Shown: positions 16,413-25,067 of the stretch, piece after piece
How the letters are laid out: every line of letters begins with the position of its first letter
Numbering within the stretch: position 1 is the first letter of the stretch
DNA from: a bacterium
Lineage (GTDB): Bacteria > Patescibacteriota > Minisyncoccia > Phycocordibacterales > UBA10002
Length of the DNA: 32,519 bases
NCBI GenBank assembly: GCA_030697445.1
Contig: JAUYPY010000051.1
Location: 1-32,519 of the forward strand
Reading direction: 5' to 3'
The notes under the pieces: generated by a model
What the model was told of the DNA's origin: nothing
What the model saw: only the letters and a program-made list of their open reading frames with translations
Database searches by the model: none
Program-made: the position numbers and the translations under genes

Positions 16413-16718
16413 ATGAGCAATGAAATCGGTGCGAAAGCGATAAGTATGGCGGAAGCATCTGCTTCTACGGGGAAGCGACCGGAACAGTTTCCAACAGACA
16501 AACGATGTGCGTGCGGCTGTGTGCTGTCGCGATACAACCCATACGACATTTGTAGCGCCTGCCAAAAGACACAACGAATGCGCGCAATCAAAAAAATCAC
16601 GATGGCGACGCCTCGGAAAAACGGACATCTGTACTGGAGCGCATCTGTTATGGTTTTTGCAGAGCGCATACCATTACCGCAACATTCGCATGTTCGAGAA
16701 AGCTTGTTTGCTAAATAA
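16413..16718 (+). CDS. small zinc-ribbon protein (101 aa)
   Basis: AGAGGAG SD 5 nt before the ATG. CxCxC...CxxC cluster (CACGCVLSRYNPYDICSAC). Strong terminator downstream. This is the only convincing plus-strand CDS. Confidence 0.65.
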   Translation: MSNEIGAKAISMAEASASTGKRPEQFPTDKRCACGCVLSRYNPYDICSACQKTQRMRAIKKITMATPRKNGHLYWSASVMVFAERIPLPQHSHVRESLFAK

Positions 16719-16730
16719 GACCAAGCACTG

Positions 16731-16760
16731 AGACGGCGCAAAACGCCGTCTAATTTTTTT
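16731..16760 (+). terminator. intrinsic terminator shared with the convergent plsC end
   Basis: AGACGGCG-CAAAA-CGCCGTCT followed by AATTTTTTT. It overlaps the plsC stop codon (16750-16752). Confidence 0.8.
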
Positions 16761-17445
16761 GCCGCAAAGACGCAATTTCAGACAAAATTATTCCTGCTTC
16801 TTTTTTATATTCTTTTTGATTATTCTCCGATAACAAAATCGGTGTGCCGAACACAACAACAATGTGCCTTCGGCGCAAAAAGAAATCGCCAAAAGTCATA
16901 TTGAAATTGCCAGAAATATGAACGGGAACAACAGGGCAGCCAGTACAGTGCGCAAGATACGCGACGCCTCCGTGCACTTCAGTTCCCATGTTTCCATTGC
17001 GCGTCTTCCGTCCTTCCGGAAAAATGAGAACGCTTCCGCCTTTTTCAAGAATCTTAATATGTGCCGCGAGCGACTGTTCGTAATCGCGTGAGCCGGAAAT
17101 CGCCGCGTGCGCACCCCACATTTTAAAAAAGAATCCACCGTACAACAATTGACGCCATCCGCTCGTTTTGTAAAACTCGCGCGGACGCGACACATAAAAT
17201 ATCGGCAAGAGCGGAGAGAAAAACGGGAGCGACGCCGGCACGACAATCGCGTCCAGTTCGCTTGAATGATTCGCCGCGAAAATCATTCCTCTTTTAGCAA
17301 TAATATACGGCCGTATCTTATTGCTAACATGTAAATTTTCAAGACCGCGCACCTCAAACCGGCAAAACAAAAACAAAACGGCGCGCGTTGCGTTCCAGAT
17401 TGCTTTTTGCAATATAAGCGGAGAAATAAAGAAAAATTGGTTCAT
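16750..17445 (-). CDS. plsC: 1-acyl-sn-glycerol-3-phosphate acyltransferase
   Basis: NHSSELD (HX4D) and FPEGRKTRNG motifs. ATG at 17443-17445. Confidence 0.85.
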   Translation of the reverse strand: MNQFFFISPLILQKAIWNATRAVLFLFCRFEVRGLENLHVSNKIRPYIIAKRGMIFAANHSSELDAIVVPASLPFFSPLLPIFYVSRPREFYKTSGWRQLLYGGFFFKMWGAHAAISGSRDYEQSLAAHIKILEKGGSVLIFPEGRKTRNGNMGTEVHGGVAYLAHCTGCPVVPVHISGNFNMTFGDFFLRRRHIVVVFGTPILLSENNQKEYKKEAGIILSEIASLRQKN

Positions 17446-17448
17446 ATA

Positions 17449-17520
17449 TACCCCCAAGAGGAATTGAACCGCTATCTCAAGCTTCGGAGGCTTGCGCTCT
17501 ATCCGTTGAGCTATGGGGGC
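17449..17520 (-). tRNA. tRNA-Arg (anticodon CCG)
   Basis: Cloverleaf folded by hand: acceptor GCCCCCA/UGGGGGU, D arm GCUC-AACGGAUA-GAGC, anticodon arm CAAGC-CUCCGAA-GCUUG, T arm AGCGG-UUCAAUU-CCUCU (one C-U mismatch), discriminator A. No CCA is encoded. Confidence 0.85.
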
Positions 17521-17529
17521 GAGATTCTA

Positions 17530-18642
17530 TTATATCCCCTCTTTCTTGAGTTCTTCAACCAAGTGTTTTGCGCTTTTGGAGAGTTTGTTCGGCAAGTCAA
17601 TTTTGATTTTAATCATAAGGTCGCCGCGTTTGCCGCCTGACACCGGCACGCCCTTTCCGCGTACGCGCAAAATTTCTCCGTGTGTGATTCCCTCAGGAAT
17701 CTTGACTGTCATATCGCCGTCCAATGTTTTCAGTGCATATTCTCCACCGAGGAGCGCAGTAGATAGTTTAATAGGAAATTCAGTAACAAGGTTCGCGCCT
17801 TCTTTTCGGAAGAGCGGATGTTTACTCACATGTATTTTGATGTACAAGTCCCCCGCCGTGCCGCCAGCTACAGCTTCGCCCGCACCTGTCATACGGACTA
17901 CCTCTCCGTCTTCAATTCCTGCAGGAATACGGACAGAGATCTCTTCTTGCTTTTTCATTACTCCGTGCCCATGACAGGTCGCGCACTTTTCTGCCGGAAT
18001 CTGCCCCTTGCCGCGACACGCGGTGCATGGGCGAACGCTTTGCATAGAGCCGAAAAATGAGCGACGCGTCTCGCGCACCTGCCCTTTACCGTTACAGGTG
18101 TCGCATGTCTTTTCACCAGCTTCTGACTTTCCGCCCGAGCCTTTACAGGTGCCACACAATGCGGTTTTCGCAATCAAGACGCGCCGCTCGGCGCCAAACA
18201 CTGCTTCGGGAAATGCAAGCTCGACATCAATGGAAATGTCGCGCCCGCGTGTTGCTTGCCGTGAGCTTGTCGAACGTCCTCCAAAGACATCGCCAAACAT
18301 ATCTCCCAAATCAAACTCCACATTCATTCCGTTCGCGCCGCCAAACCCCGCGCGTTTTACAAAATCGGAAAAATCAAACCCTTCGAACCCGGCACCGAAT
18401 GGCGCACCGCCGCCGTTCGGCGCCGCACCTTCGGAAAACACCCTGCCGTACGCGTCGTACTCGGCGCGCTTTTTGTCGTCCGAGAGCACGCTGTATGCCT
18501 CGCTTGCTTCCTTAAACCTCTTCTCATCCCCGCCTTTTTTGTCGGGGTGAAATTTATGCGCCAAATTCCTGAACGCCTTTTTTATATCGTCTTTTGAAGC
18601 CGCCTTATTAACCCCAAGTGTATCGTAATAGTTATGAGCCAT
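17530..18642 (-). CDS. dnaJ: molecular chaperone DnaJ
   Basis: J domain with HPD, a G/F region and four CxxCxGxG zinc motifs. Confidence 0.95.
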   Translation of the reverse strand: MAHNYYDTLGVNKAASKDDIKKAFRNLAHKFHPDKKGGDEKRFKEASEAYSVLSDDKKRAEYDAYGRVFSEGAAPNGGGAPFGAGFEGFDFSDFVKRAGFGGANGMNVEFDLGDMFGDVFGGRSTSSRQATRGRDISIDVELAFPEAVFGAERRVLIAKTALCGTCKGSGGKSEAGEKTCDTCNGKGQVRETRRSFFGSMQSVRPCTACRGKGQIPAEKCATCHGHGVMKKQEEISVRIPAGIEDGEVVRMTGAGEAVAGGTAGDLYIKIHVSKHPLFRKEGANLVTEFPIKLSTALLGGEYALKTLDGDMTVKIPEGITHGEILRVRGKGVPVSGGKRGDLMIKIKIDLPNKLSKSAKHLVEELKKEGI

Positions 18643-18648
18643 ACGGGC

Positions 18649-18657
18649 ATACTATCA
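18649..18657 (-). promoter_or_regulatory. extended -10 promoter TGATAGTAT, 6 nt before the dnaJ ATG
   Basis: Minus strand reads TGA-TAGTAT-GCCCGT-ATG, inside the 18-nt dnaK-dnaJ gap. Confidence 0.45.
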
Positions 18658-18660
18658 CTT

Positions 18661-20535
18661 TTATTTAGTTTCCGCATCCCTTACATTCCCTTCCGGTCCT
18701 TTGTCGTCTTTTTTCTGTCCAGCATTCTCTTGCCCCGTCTTCGCCATAATTTCCCCTATTTTCTGAAGTTCTCCTGAGAGATTTTGCGTTGCGGTTTTTA
18801 TTTGGGCAACATCCGTGCCTTTGTTCGCGGTCTTGAGATCGGAGATTTTATCTTCAATTGTTTTCCGTGTCTCAGCCGGCACTTTCTCCCCCGCATCCTT
18901 CATAGACTTTTCAGCCGTGTAAACGAGCTGTTCCGATAGATTTTTCGCTTCCGCGAACTCGCGCTTCTTTTCGTCATCAGCCGCGTGCGCCTCGGCTTCT
19001 TTCGTCATCCGTTCAATATCCGCTTTTGACAGCGTTGAGCGCGCTTCAATGCGAATGGATTGCTCCTTGCCGCTCGTCTTGTCTCTCGCCTTCACCGACA
19101 AAATGCCGTTCACATCCACATCAAACGACACTTCCACCTGCGGCATCCCGCGCGGCGCGGGCGGAATACCCTCCAAGTTAAATTCGCCGAGCATTTTATT
19201 GTCAGAAAACATTGGCCGCTCCCCCTGACACACGCGAATGGTTACCGCGGTTTGGTTGTCCGCCGCCGTTGAAAAAACCTGCGATTTCGTAACCGGAATC
19301 GTGGTGTTGCGCTCTACAAGCTTGGTCGCCACCCCGCCCAAGGTCTCTAGCCCAAACGAAAGCGGAATAACATCAAGCAAAAGCACATCCTTAACATCCC
19401 CGCCCAAGATGCCGCCCTGAATCGCGGCGCCTATCGCTACCACTTCGTCTGGGTTCACGCCCATATGCGGCTCCCGTTTGAAAAACTCTTTCACCGCTTT
19501 CTGTATGGCAGGCATTCTGGTCTGACCGCCGACCATTACCACTTCGTTGATATCTCCTATCTTAAAAGGGGATGCTTCAATCGCGCGTTTCGTAATTGTC
19601 ATCGCGCGCGCAACAAATTCTTGCGTTAGTTCTTCAAGCTTTGCGCGGGATAATTTTAGCACCAAGTGTTTTGGTCCTTCCGCGCCAGAAGAAATGAACG
19701 GCAAGTTGATTTCGCTTTCAAGCGCTGTTGAAAGCTCAATCTTTGCTTTTTCCGCCGCTTCCTCAAGCCGTTGGAGCGCCAATGCGTCTTTCCGTACATC
19801 AATGCCCTCTTGCTTCTTGAATTCATCTGCAATGTAGCCGATAATTTTTTGGTCAATGTCATGCCCGCCTAAGTGCGAGTCGCCATCGGTTGCTTTCACT
19901 TCAATTAAGTCGTCCGAAACCTCCAACACCGAAATGTCGAAAGTGCCGCCGCCAAAATCAAACACCGCGATTTTTTCGTTCTTCTTTTTGTTAAAGCCGT
20001 AGGCGAGCGCCGCCGCTGTCGGCTCATTGATGATGCGCTTTACATCAAGCCCGGCTATTTTACCCGCGTCTTTGGTTGCCTGCCGTTGGCTGTCGTTGAA
20101 ATACGCCGGCACGGTAATGACCGCCTCGGTAATCGGCTCGCCAAGCCGCGCTTCCGCATCAGCTTTGAGTTTTGCAAGAATTTTTGCGGAGATCTCTTCA
20201 GGTCGTTCCCATTTATCGCCTAGTTTTACTTCAATACCGCCATTTATTGCCTTACGCACTTCATACGGCACGGTTTTAATATCTTTTTGCGCAGCTGGAT
20301 CGTCAAAGGAGTGCCCGATGAATCGTTTGATGGTATAAACGGTATTTTTCGGGTTCGTAACGGCTTGACGCTTCGCGAGTAACCCTGCGAGCCGCTCGCC
20401 GGTTTTTGAAAGCGCGACAATAGAGGGGGTTGTGCGTGCGCCTTCGCTATTTTCAATAATTCTTGGTACACCACCTTCCACTACTGCCATTGCGGAGTAA
20501 GTCGTCCCGAGATCAATGCCTAAGATTTTGGACAT
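18661..20535 (-). CDS. dnaK: molecular chaperone DnaK (Hsp70)
   Basis: [17 protein letters not shown] and VGGQTRMP signatures. Confidence 0.97.
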   Translation of the reverse strand: MSKILGIDLGTTYSAMAVVEGGVPRIIENSEGARTTPSIVALSKTGERLAGLLAKRQAVTNPKNTVYTIKRFIGHSFDDPAAQKDIKTVPYEVRKAINGGIEVKLGDKWERPEEISAKILAKLKADAEARLGEPITEAVITVPAYFNDSQRQATKDAGKIAGLDVKRIINEPTAAALAYGFNKKKNEKIAVFDFGGGTFDISVLEVSDDLIEVKATDGDSHLGGHDIDQKIIGYIADEFKKQEGIDVRKDALALQRLEEAAEKAKIELSTALESEINLPFISSGAEGPKHLVLKLSRAKLEELTQEFVARAMTITKRAIEASPFKIGDINEVVMVGGQTRMPAIQKAVKEFFKREPHMGVNPDEVVAIGAAIQGGILGGDVKDVLLLDVIPLSFGLETLGGVATKLVERNTTIPVTKSQVFSTAADNQTAVTIRVCQGERPMFSDNKMLGEFNLEGIPPAPRGMPQVEVSFDVDVNGILSVKARDKTSGKEQSIRIEARSTLSKADIERMTKEAEAHAADDEKKREFAEAKNLSEQLVYTAEKSMKDAGEKVPAETRKTIEDKISDLKTANKGTDVAQIKTATQNLSGELQKIGEIMAKTGQENAGQKKDDKGPEGNVRDAETK

Positions 20536-20556
20536 AATATTTTAGTGACTTAATAT

Positions 20557-21111
20557 TTATTTTTTATATTCTCCGATTCTAACTTTCGCCGGTTCAAGTA
20601 TCTTACCATTGATTGCAAAACCTTTCTCTACAACCTCGCGTACGGTATGGTCTTGCGATTGCTCAACGACAGATACAACGCCGATACTCGCGTGCTTGTT
20701 TCCGTCAAACACATCGCCAATTTTTGGATCAATCGCTTCTACTCCCGCTTTTTGAAGCGCGACGCGAAACTGCGCGTAAATGTGTTCAATGCCCACGCGC
20801 CAGTTTTTGTCCACCTTTTCCCACACTTCTTTGTTGCTCATCGCCCGCTCAAAATTCTGGAATACCGGCAAAAGCTCCGCGACAAACGCTTCATTTGCAA
20901 ACTTCACAAACGCGGCGCGCGCCTTCTCCTCGTCTTTGCGCGTATTGATAAAATCCGCCTTCGCCCGCTGCCACCCCGCGAGGTACTCCTCGCGTTCTTT
21001 CCGACACGCAGACAGTTCCCCTTTCAGTTTTTTAATCGCCTCCGCCGGGTCCTTTACATTGTCCGCATCTGTTTCGGGTTCAATAGTTATGTCTTTTTCT
21101 TCTGTATCCAT
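20557..21111 (-). CDS. grpE: nucleotide exchange factor GrpE
   Basis: Coiled-coil N-terminal part and GrpE C-terminal beta domain, located upstream of dnaK. An alternative ATG at 21129 would overlap rpsI. Confidence 0.85.
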   Translation of the reverse strand: MDTEEKDITIEPETDADNVKDPAEAIKKLKGELSACRKEREEYLAGWQRAKADFINTRKDEEKARAAFVKFANEAFVAELLPVFQNFERAMSNKEVWEKVDKNWRVGIEHIYAQFRVALQKAGVEAIDPKIGDVFDGNKHASIGVVSVVEQSQDHTVREVVEKGFAINGKILEPAKVRIGEYKK

Positions 21112-21113
21112 AA

Positions 21114-21542
21114 TTATCTCTTGGACCATTGAGGAGCTTTTCTTGCCTTCTTCAACCCGAACTTGCGGCGTTCTTTTGCCCGCGGGTCGCGTTTGAGGAA
21201 TCCGGCTTTTTTGAGTTTCTTGCGGAGTTCCGGTTCTACTTCAATAAGCGCACGCGCAATGCCGTGCCGCACCGCTTCCGCTTGCGAGGAAAGCCCTCCC
21301 CCTTTTACATGCGCCGATACGCCGTAGTGTTCCTTTGCCGGCTCATGCAACACAAACACATCGCGCGCGACACGGCGTTGTTCCGCTGTTTTGAAATACT
21401 CGTCAAATGTTTGGTCTCCGACGACAAAGGTGCCCATTGCCCCTTTTAGCAAGCGCACGCGCGCCGCCGCCGTCTTGCGGCGGCCGATTGCCTCAATATA
21501 TTCATGGCTCGCTATATCTTTTGTTTTTTCTTTTAGAACCAT
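21114..21542 (-). CDS. rpsI: 30S ribosomal protein S9
   Basis: GRRKTAAARVRL and C-terminal RAKERRKFGLKKARKAPQWSKR. ATG at 21540-21542. Confidence 0.93.
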   Translation of the reverse strand: MVLKEKTKDIASHEYIEAIGRRKTAAARVRLLKGAMGTFVVGDQTFDEYFKTAEQRRVARDVFVLHEPAKEHYGVSAHVKGGGLSSQAEAVRHGIARALIEVEPELRKKLKKAGFLKRDPRAKERRKFGLKKARKAPQWSKR

Positions 21543-21543
21543 A

Positions 21544-21888
21544 TTATTCTTTGATGGTGAGATTTTTGATAATCCGCGCGCGGAGCTTGTTTTTCGGAAG
21601 CATTCCGTACACCGCGCGTTGTACAACGATACCGACCCCGCGGCGTGCGATGAGTTTGCCTAATGTTTCCTCTTTTAACCCGCTTGGGTAGCCCGAGTAG
21701 CGTTGGTACACTTTCTCTTTCTGCTTTTTCTCCGTCATAAAGATCTTCCCCGCGTTTTCTATAACCACGAGCTCTTTCGGCTCCTCATTTCGCGCAAAGC
21801 TCGGGTTTGCCTTGCCGCGCAAAATATGCGCAACTTCGGTTGCAAGACGCCCCAATTTCTTTCCGTCTGCGTTTACGGTGTGATTCAT
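21544..21888 (-). CDS. rplM: 50S ribosomal protein L13 (short, 114 aa)
   Basis: GKKLGRLATEVAHILRGK and AVYGMLPKN motifs. Both termini look shorter than in E. coli L13. Confidence 0.9.
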   Translation of the reverse strand: MNHTVNADGKKLGRLATEVAHILRGKANPSFARNEEPKELVVIENAGKIFMTEKKQKEKVYQRYSGYPSGLKEETLGKLIARRGVGIVVQRAVYGMLPKNKLRARIIKNLTIKE

Positions 21889-22235
21889 ACAAATTCTATA
21901 ACTGCCCGCTTTGCGCCGTCGCTTTTGCGGAAGCCAGTTTTTACGATGCGCGTATAACCGCCCGCGCGCTTCTCGTATTTCTTGCCGATGTTTTTGAAAA
22001 GCAAGTCCGCACCGTCAACGCTGCCCATGCGGCGCGATGTGTGACGGCGCGCTGCAATCGTTCCAGTCTTCGCATGAGTAACAAGACGCTCGATAAATGG
22101 TCGAAGCGCCTTCGCACGCGCCTCGGTCGTCTCAATCCTTCCGTACCGCGCGAGCGAGCGCGCGAGCGAGCGCATAAATGCCGTGCGCACCTTGCGCACC
22201 CGCCCAAACTTTTTGTTACGATTGCCGTGCTTCAT
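21885..22235 (-). CDS. rplQ: 50S ribosomal protein L17
   Basis: MKHGNRNKKFGR...RIETTEARAKALRPFIERLVT. Confidence 0.93.
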   Translation of the reverse strand: MKHGNRNKKFGRVRKVRTAFMRSLARSLARYGRIETTEARAKALRPFIERLVTHAKTGTIAARRHTSRRMGSVDGADLLFKNIGKKYEKRAGGYTRIVKTGFRKSDGAKRAVIEFV

Positions 22236-22239
22236 ATAT

Positions 22240-23190
22240 TTACTTCAAGGTGATCCCGAAATTACCGAGCATTTTCTTGACCTCTTGCACACCCTTGCTG
22301 CCGAGCCCGTCAATATCCAAAATGTCTTCCTCTTTTTTGCGTACTAAACCGCCAACCGTGCGAATGCCGGAATTTGAAAGCGCGAGTTTCGTACGCGTGG
22401 AGAGGTCAAGAGTATCCATACGCGTTTTGAGCACCTCTGGGTCAATGTCGCGACGCGGTTCTTTCACAACCTTTGCGGCTTCTATTTTTACCGGCGCCTC
22501 TTCTTCGCGGAATCCGACCACGGCGCGCAGTTGGTCAATCATAATCTGGATTGATTTCTCAAGCGCTTGGTGCGGCGATACCGTACCGTCCGTTTCAATC
22601 GTAAAACGGAGGCGATTGAAATCGGTTCGTTCTCCGACGCGCATATTTTCTACTTCATAATTGACGCGCCGCACCGGCGTGAATATCGCATCAAGCGCAA
22701 TCGCGCCTATCTCTACGCGCTCTTTTTGCACCATTTCTTTCGGTACATAGCCGAGACCTTTTTCTACACGCGCCTCAATATCAAGCAGAGTCCCTTTTCC
22801 GGAAATAGATGCGATCACTTGTTCTGGATTCAGCACAAATACTTGCCCAGGACACTCAAACGATTCTGCCGTTACTTCTTTAGGACCCTTTACTTTAAGC
22901 AAAATTGTTTGCGGTTCGTCGGTCGTCAGGTTGAAACGCACACGCTTTAAATTGAGAATAATTGAAATCACATCTTCTTTCACCCCCTCAATGGTTGAAA
23001 ATTCGTGGGAAGCGCCAGCAACTTTCACCGAGGTGATCGCCGCGCCAGGAAGTGATGATAGAATAATCCGTCTGAGTGAATTGCCGAGCGTGTGCCCGTA
23101 GCCCGGGTAAAGGCCGTCTATTTCATACGAACCGACATTGGCGTTTTCCTTTATAATGCGCGGCTTTGATGGTAGAACGATAGTTTGCAT
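22240..23190 (-). CDS. rpoA: DNA-directed RNA polymerase subunit alpha
   Basis: GYGHTLGNSLRRILLSS-type N-terminal domain and a C-terminal domain with an HhH-like segment. ATG at 23188-23190. Confidence 0.93.
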   Translation of the reverse strand: MQTIVLPSKPRIIKENANVGSYEIDGLYPGYGHTLGNSLRRIILSSLPGAAITSVKVAGASHEFSTIEGVKEDVISIILNLKRVRFNLTTDEPQTILLKVKGPKEVTAESFECPGQVFVLNPEQVIASISGKGTLLDIEARVEKGLGYVPKEMVQKERVEIGAIALDAIFTPVRRVNYEVENMRVGERTDFNRLRFTIETDGTVSPHQALEKSIQIMIDQLRAVVGFREEEAPVKIEAAKVVKEPRRDIDPEVLKTRMDTLDLSTRTKLALSNSGIRTVGGLVRKKEEDILDIDGLGSKGVQEVKKMLGNFGITLK

Positions 23191-23234
23191 ATGTAGTGGT
23201 GCGTTATTAAAAAATATAAAACAAATATAACACA

Positions 23235-23262
23235 GGCGCGCCTTTTTTGCAAAAGGCGCGCC
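23235..23262 (-). terminator. 12-bp GC-clamped hairpin between rpsD and rpoA
   Basis: GGCGCGCCTTTT-TTGC-AAAAGGCGCGCC. No immediate U-tract on the minus strand. Confidence 0.4.
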
Positions 23263-23270
23263 CAACTTCC

Positions 23271-23861
23271 CTAACGGCGATAAAACTCAAGCACGGAGTC
23301 AACTTGAAACGGCACCTCTTCGCGACGAAGCTTTGGGGCTCCAGAAAGAATGATAGTACGCTTTTCTTTGTCGTACGAAATCCACTGTGGTGCAATTTTC
23401 ATCTCCTTCTCTTCAGGCCAGAGTTTCTTTTGCGCACTAGCGGCGCGCACCGAGATAATGTCTCCTGTAAAAATAGCGCGTGATGGAATGGTGCTTCTGC
23501 GTCCGTTTACAGTAAGGTGGCCGTGAGACACGAGCTGGCGCGCCGCGCGCCGCGTTTGCGCAAGACCCGCGCGGTATGCAATATTGTCTAACCGTATTTC
23601 AAGTGCATTCAGGAGCGCATCAGCCGCCGCTCCTTTTTTAAGGAGCGCGGCGCGTGCGTAGGTGCGAATTTGGCGATCTCCCAAGCCATAGAAGAAACGC
23701 GCCTTCTGCTTTTCTGCAAGTTGCACGCCGTAGTCGCTTCGCGCGCGCACACGCTTGCCCTCGCGTTGCCCTTCGCGCAAAGCGAACTTTTGCGTGCTCG
23801 TTTTTTCAAACAGTTCCGGGCCGTAGCGCCGCGCGATTTTGTATCGGGGTCCTAATTGCAT
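23271..23861 (-). CDS. rpsD: 30S ribosomal protein S4
   Basis: LGPRYKIARRYG start, an S4 domain (RLDNIAYRAGLAQTRRAARQLVSHGH), and operon context. Confidence 0.93.
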   Translation of the reverse strand: MQLGPRYKIARRYGPELFEKTSTQKFALREGQREGKRVRARSDYGVQLAEKQKARFFYGLGDRQIRTYARAALLKKGAAADALLNALEIRLDNIAYRAGLAQTRRAARQLVSHGHLTVNGRRSTIPSRAIFTGDIISVRAASAQKKLWPEEKEMKIAPQWISYDKEKRTIILSGAPKLRREEVPFQVDSVLEFYRR

Positions 23862-23878
23862 ATTTTAATATTTAAAAA

Positions 23879-24310
23879 TTAAACTCTGCGGGGCTTCTTT
23901 GGGCGCGGACCGTTAAACGGCACCGGCGTTACATCTTTAATGCTTTTAATCATAATGCCTTTTGACATAAAACCGCGAATGGCGGACTCGCGTCCTGAAC
24001 CAACACCACGCACCACAACCGACACTTCTTTCATACCCATAAGTAATCCCTTAGCACCGAGGGTCTCGCCCACTTTCGCGGCGGCAAACGGGGTACCCTT
24101 TTTCGCACCTTGAAAACCAAGTGCGCCGGACGAAGAAAATGCAACAACATTTCCCTTATCATCGGCGAGCGTCAATGAGGTGTTGTTGTAGGATGCGCGC
24201 ACGGTAAGAATACCGCTCTCAATTTTCTTTTTTGAGCGCGCGGCGGAAGCTGCCCCTCCAGCCGCTTCAGCACCAGCCTCTCCTTTGGTTATGATTCGTT
24301 TTTTTCCCAT
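23879..24310 (-). CDS. rpsK: 30S ribosomal protein S11
   Basis: ASYNNTSLTLADDKGNVVAFSSSG... and DVTPVPFNGPRPKKPRRV. Confidence 0.95.
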   Translation of the reverse strand: MGKKRIITKGEAGAEAAGGAASAARSKKKIESGILTVRASYNNTSLTLADDKGNVVAFSSSGALGFQGAKKGTPFAAAKVGETLGAKGLLMGMKEVSVVVRGVGSGRESAIRGFMSKGIMIKSIKDVTPVPFNGPRPKKPRRV

Positions 24311-24314
24311 ATAA

Positions 24315-24695
24315 TTACTTCTTTTCTACTGCTTTGCGTCCGGTGCCCATCGTCTTGCGCACATTGCCGCGGCGCGTGCGCGAGTTGGTCTTTGTGCGCT
24401 GGCCGCGCGACGGAAGAGAGCGTGCGTGCCGTGTTCCTCGGTACGCTTTAATATCTTTCAAACGCTTGATGTTTCCTGCGACCGCGCGCTTCAAATCGCC
24501 TTCAAGCGTCCGCTTCTCTATCTCGACACGAACGGCCTGCTCTTCTGCGGCAGTTAATTCAGCGGGCTTTTTCGCCGGATCGACGCCAACTTGCAATAAA
24601 ATTGCGCGCGCGTTTGAGCGGCCGATTCCGTAGAGAATCGGCAAGCCGAATTCAAGCTGTTTATTTTCCGGAATGGTAATGCCTTTGATACGCAT
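24315..24695 (-). CDS. rpsM: 30S ribosomal protein S13
   Basis: MRIKGITIPENKQLEFGLPILYGIG; ATG at 24693-24695. Confidence 0.93.
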   Translation of the reverse strand: MRIKGITIPENKQLEFGLPILYGIGRSNARAILLQVGVDPAKKPAELTAAEEQAVRVEIEKRTLEGDLKRAVAGNIKRLKDIKAYRGTRHARSLPSRGQRTKTNSRTRRGNVRKTMGTGRKAVEKK

Positions 24696-24699
24696 AAAA

Positions 24700-24816
24700 T
24701 TATCCTTGGCGCTGTTTGTGTCTAGGGTTGCCCGTGCACACAATAAAAACGCGTCCGCGCCTGCGGACTACTGAACACTTCGGACACCGGACTTTTACTG
24801 ATGCTTTTACATTCAT
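24700..24816 (-). CDS. rpmJ: 50S ribosomal protein L36
   Basis: Hand translation gives [38 protein letters not shown] (38 aa). ATGA overlap with the infA stop. It is too short for the supplied track. Confidence 0.92.
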   Translation of the reverse strand: MNVKASVKVRCPKCSVVRRRGRVFIVCTGNPRHKQRQG

Positions 24817-25034
24817 AGGCGCTTCACAATCCTACCCTTGCCGCCGTAGCGGTCAAGTTCAACTTCAACTTTGTCTCCGATAAGAACGCGAATCCGATGC
24901 AAACGCATTCTGCCCGCCAAATACGCGAGCACGAGCTTCTCCGGCTCCGTTTCAACGCGGAAAAGCGCGTCAGGCAACGCCTCAACGACTCTCCCGTTCA
25001 CCTTCATCGGCTTTTCAGCTGTTCCCATCTGCAT
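24813..25034 (-). CDS. infA: translation initiation factor IF-1
   Basis: S1-like fold: [17 protein letters not shown]...[20 protein letters not shown]. The start may be ATG 25034 or 25028. Confidence 0.9.
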   Translation of the reverse strand: MQMGTAEKPMKVNGRVVEALPDALFRVETEPEKLVLAYLAGRMRLHRIRVLIGDKVEVELDRYGGKGRIVKRL

Positions 25035-25038
25035 TACA

Positions 25039-25067
25039 AAGATAGCAAAATAATTAAATACGGTCAA
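25039..25067 (-). promoter_or_regulatory. promoter TTGACC-17-(TGC)TATCTT upstream of infA
   Basis: -35 at 25062-25067 (rc) and extended -10 at 25039-25047 (rc), 4 nt before the first ATG. Confidence 0.45.

Noticed and set aside
16234-16421. Plus-strand reading frame following AGAGGAGG at 16234-16241.
   Set aside because: The only start is a TTG 2 nt after the SD-like motif, which is too close. The frame runs through the divergent promoters and the real SD/ATG at 16413. The motif is better explained as the antisense of the sRNA anti-SD.
20536-21130. Search for a CIRCE element (TTAGCACTC-N9-GAGTGCTAA) and hrcA upstream of grpE-dnaK-dnaJ.
   Set aside because: No inverted repeat of that type was found. 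grpE directly follows rpsI, and the TTAGTGACT in the grpE-dnaK gap is only a partial half-site.
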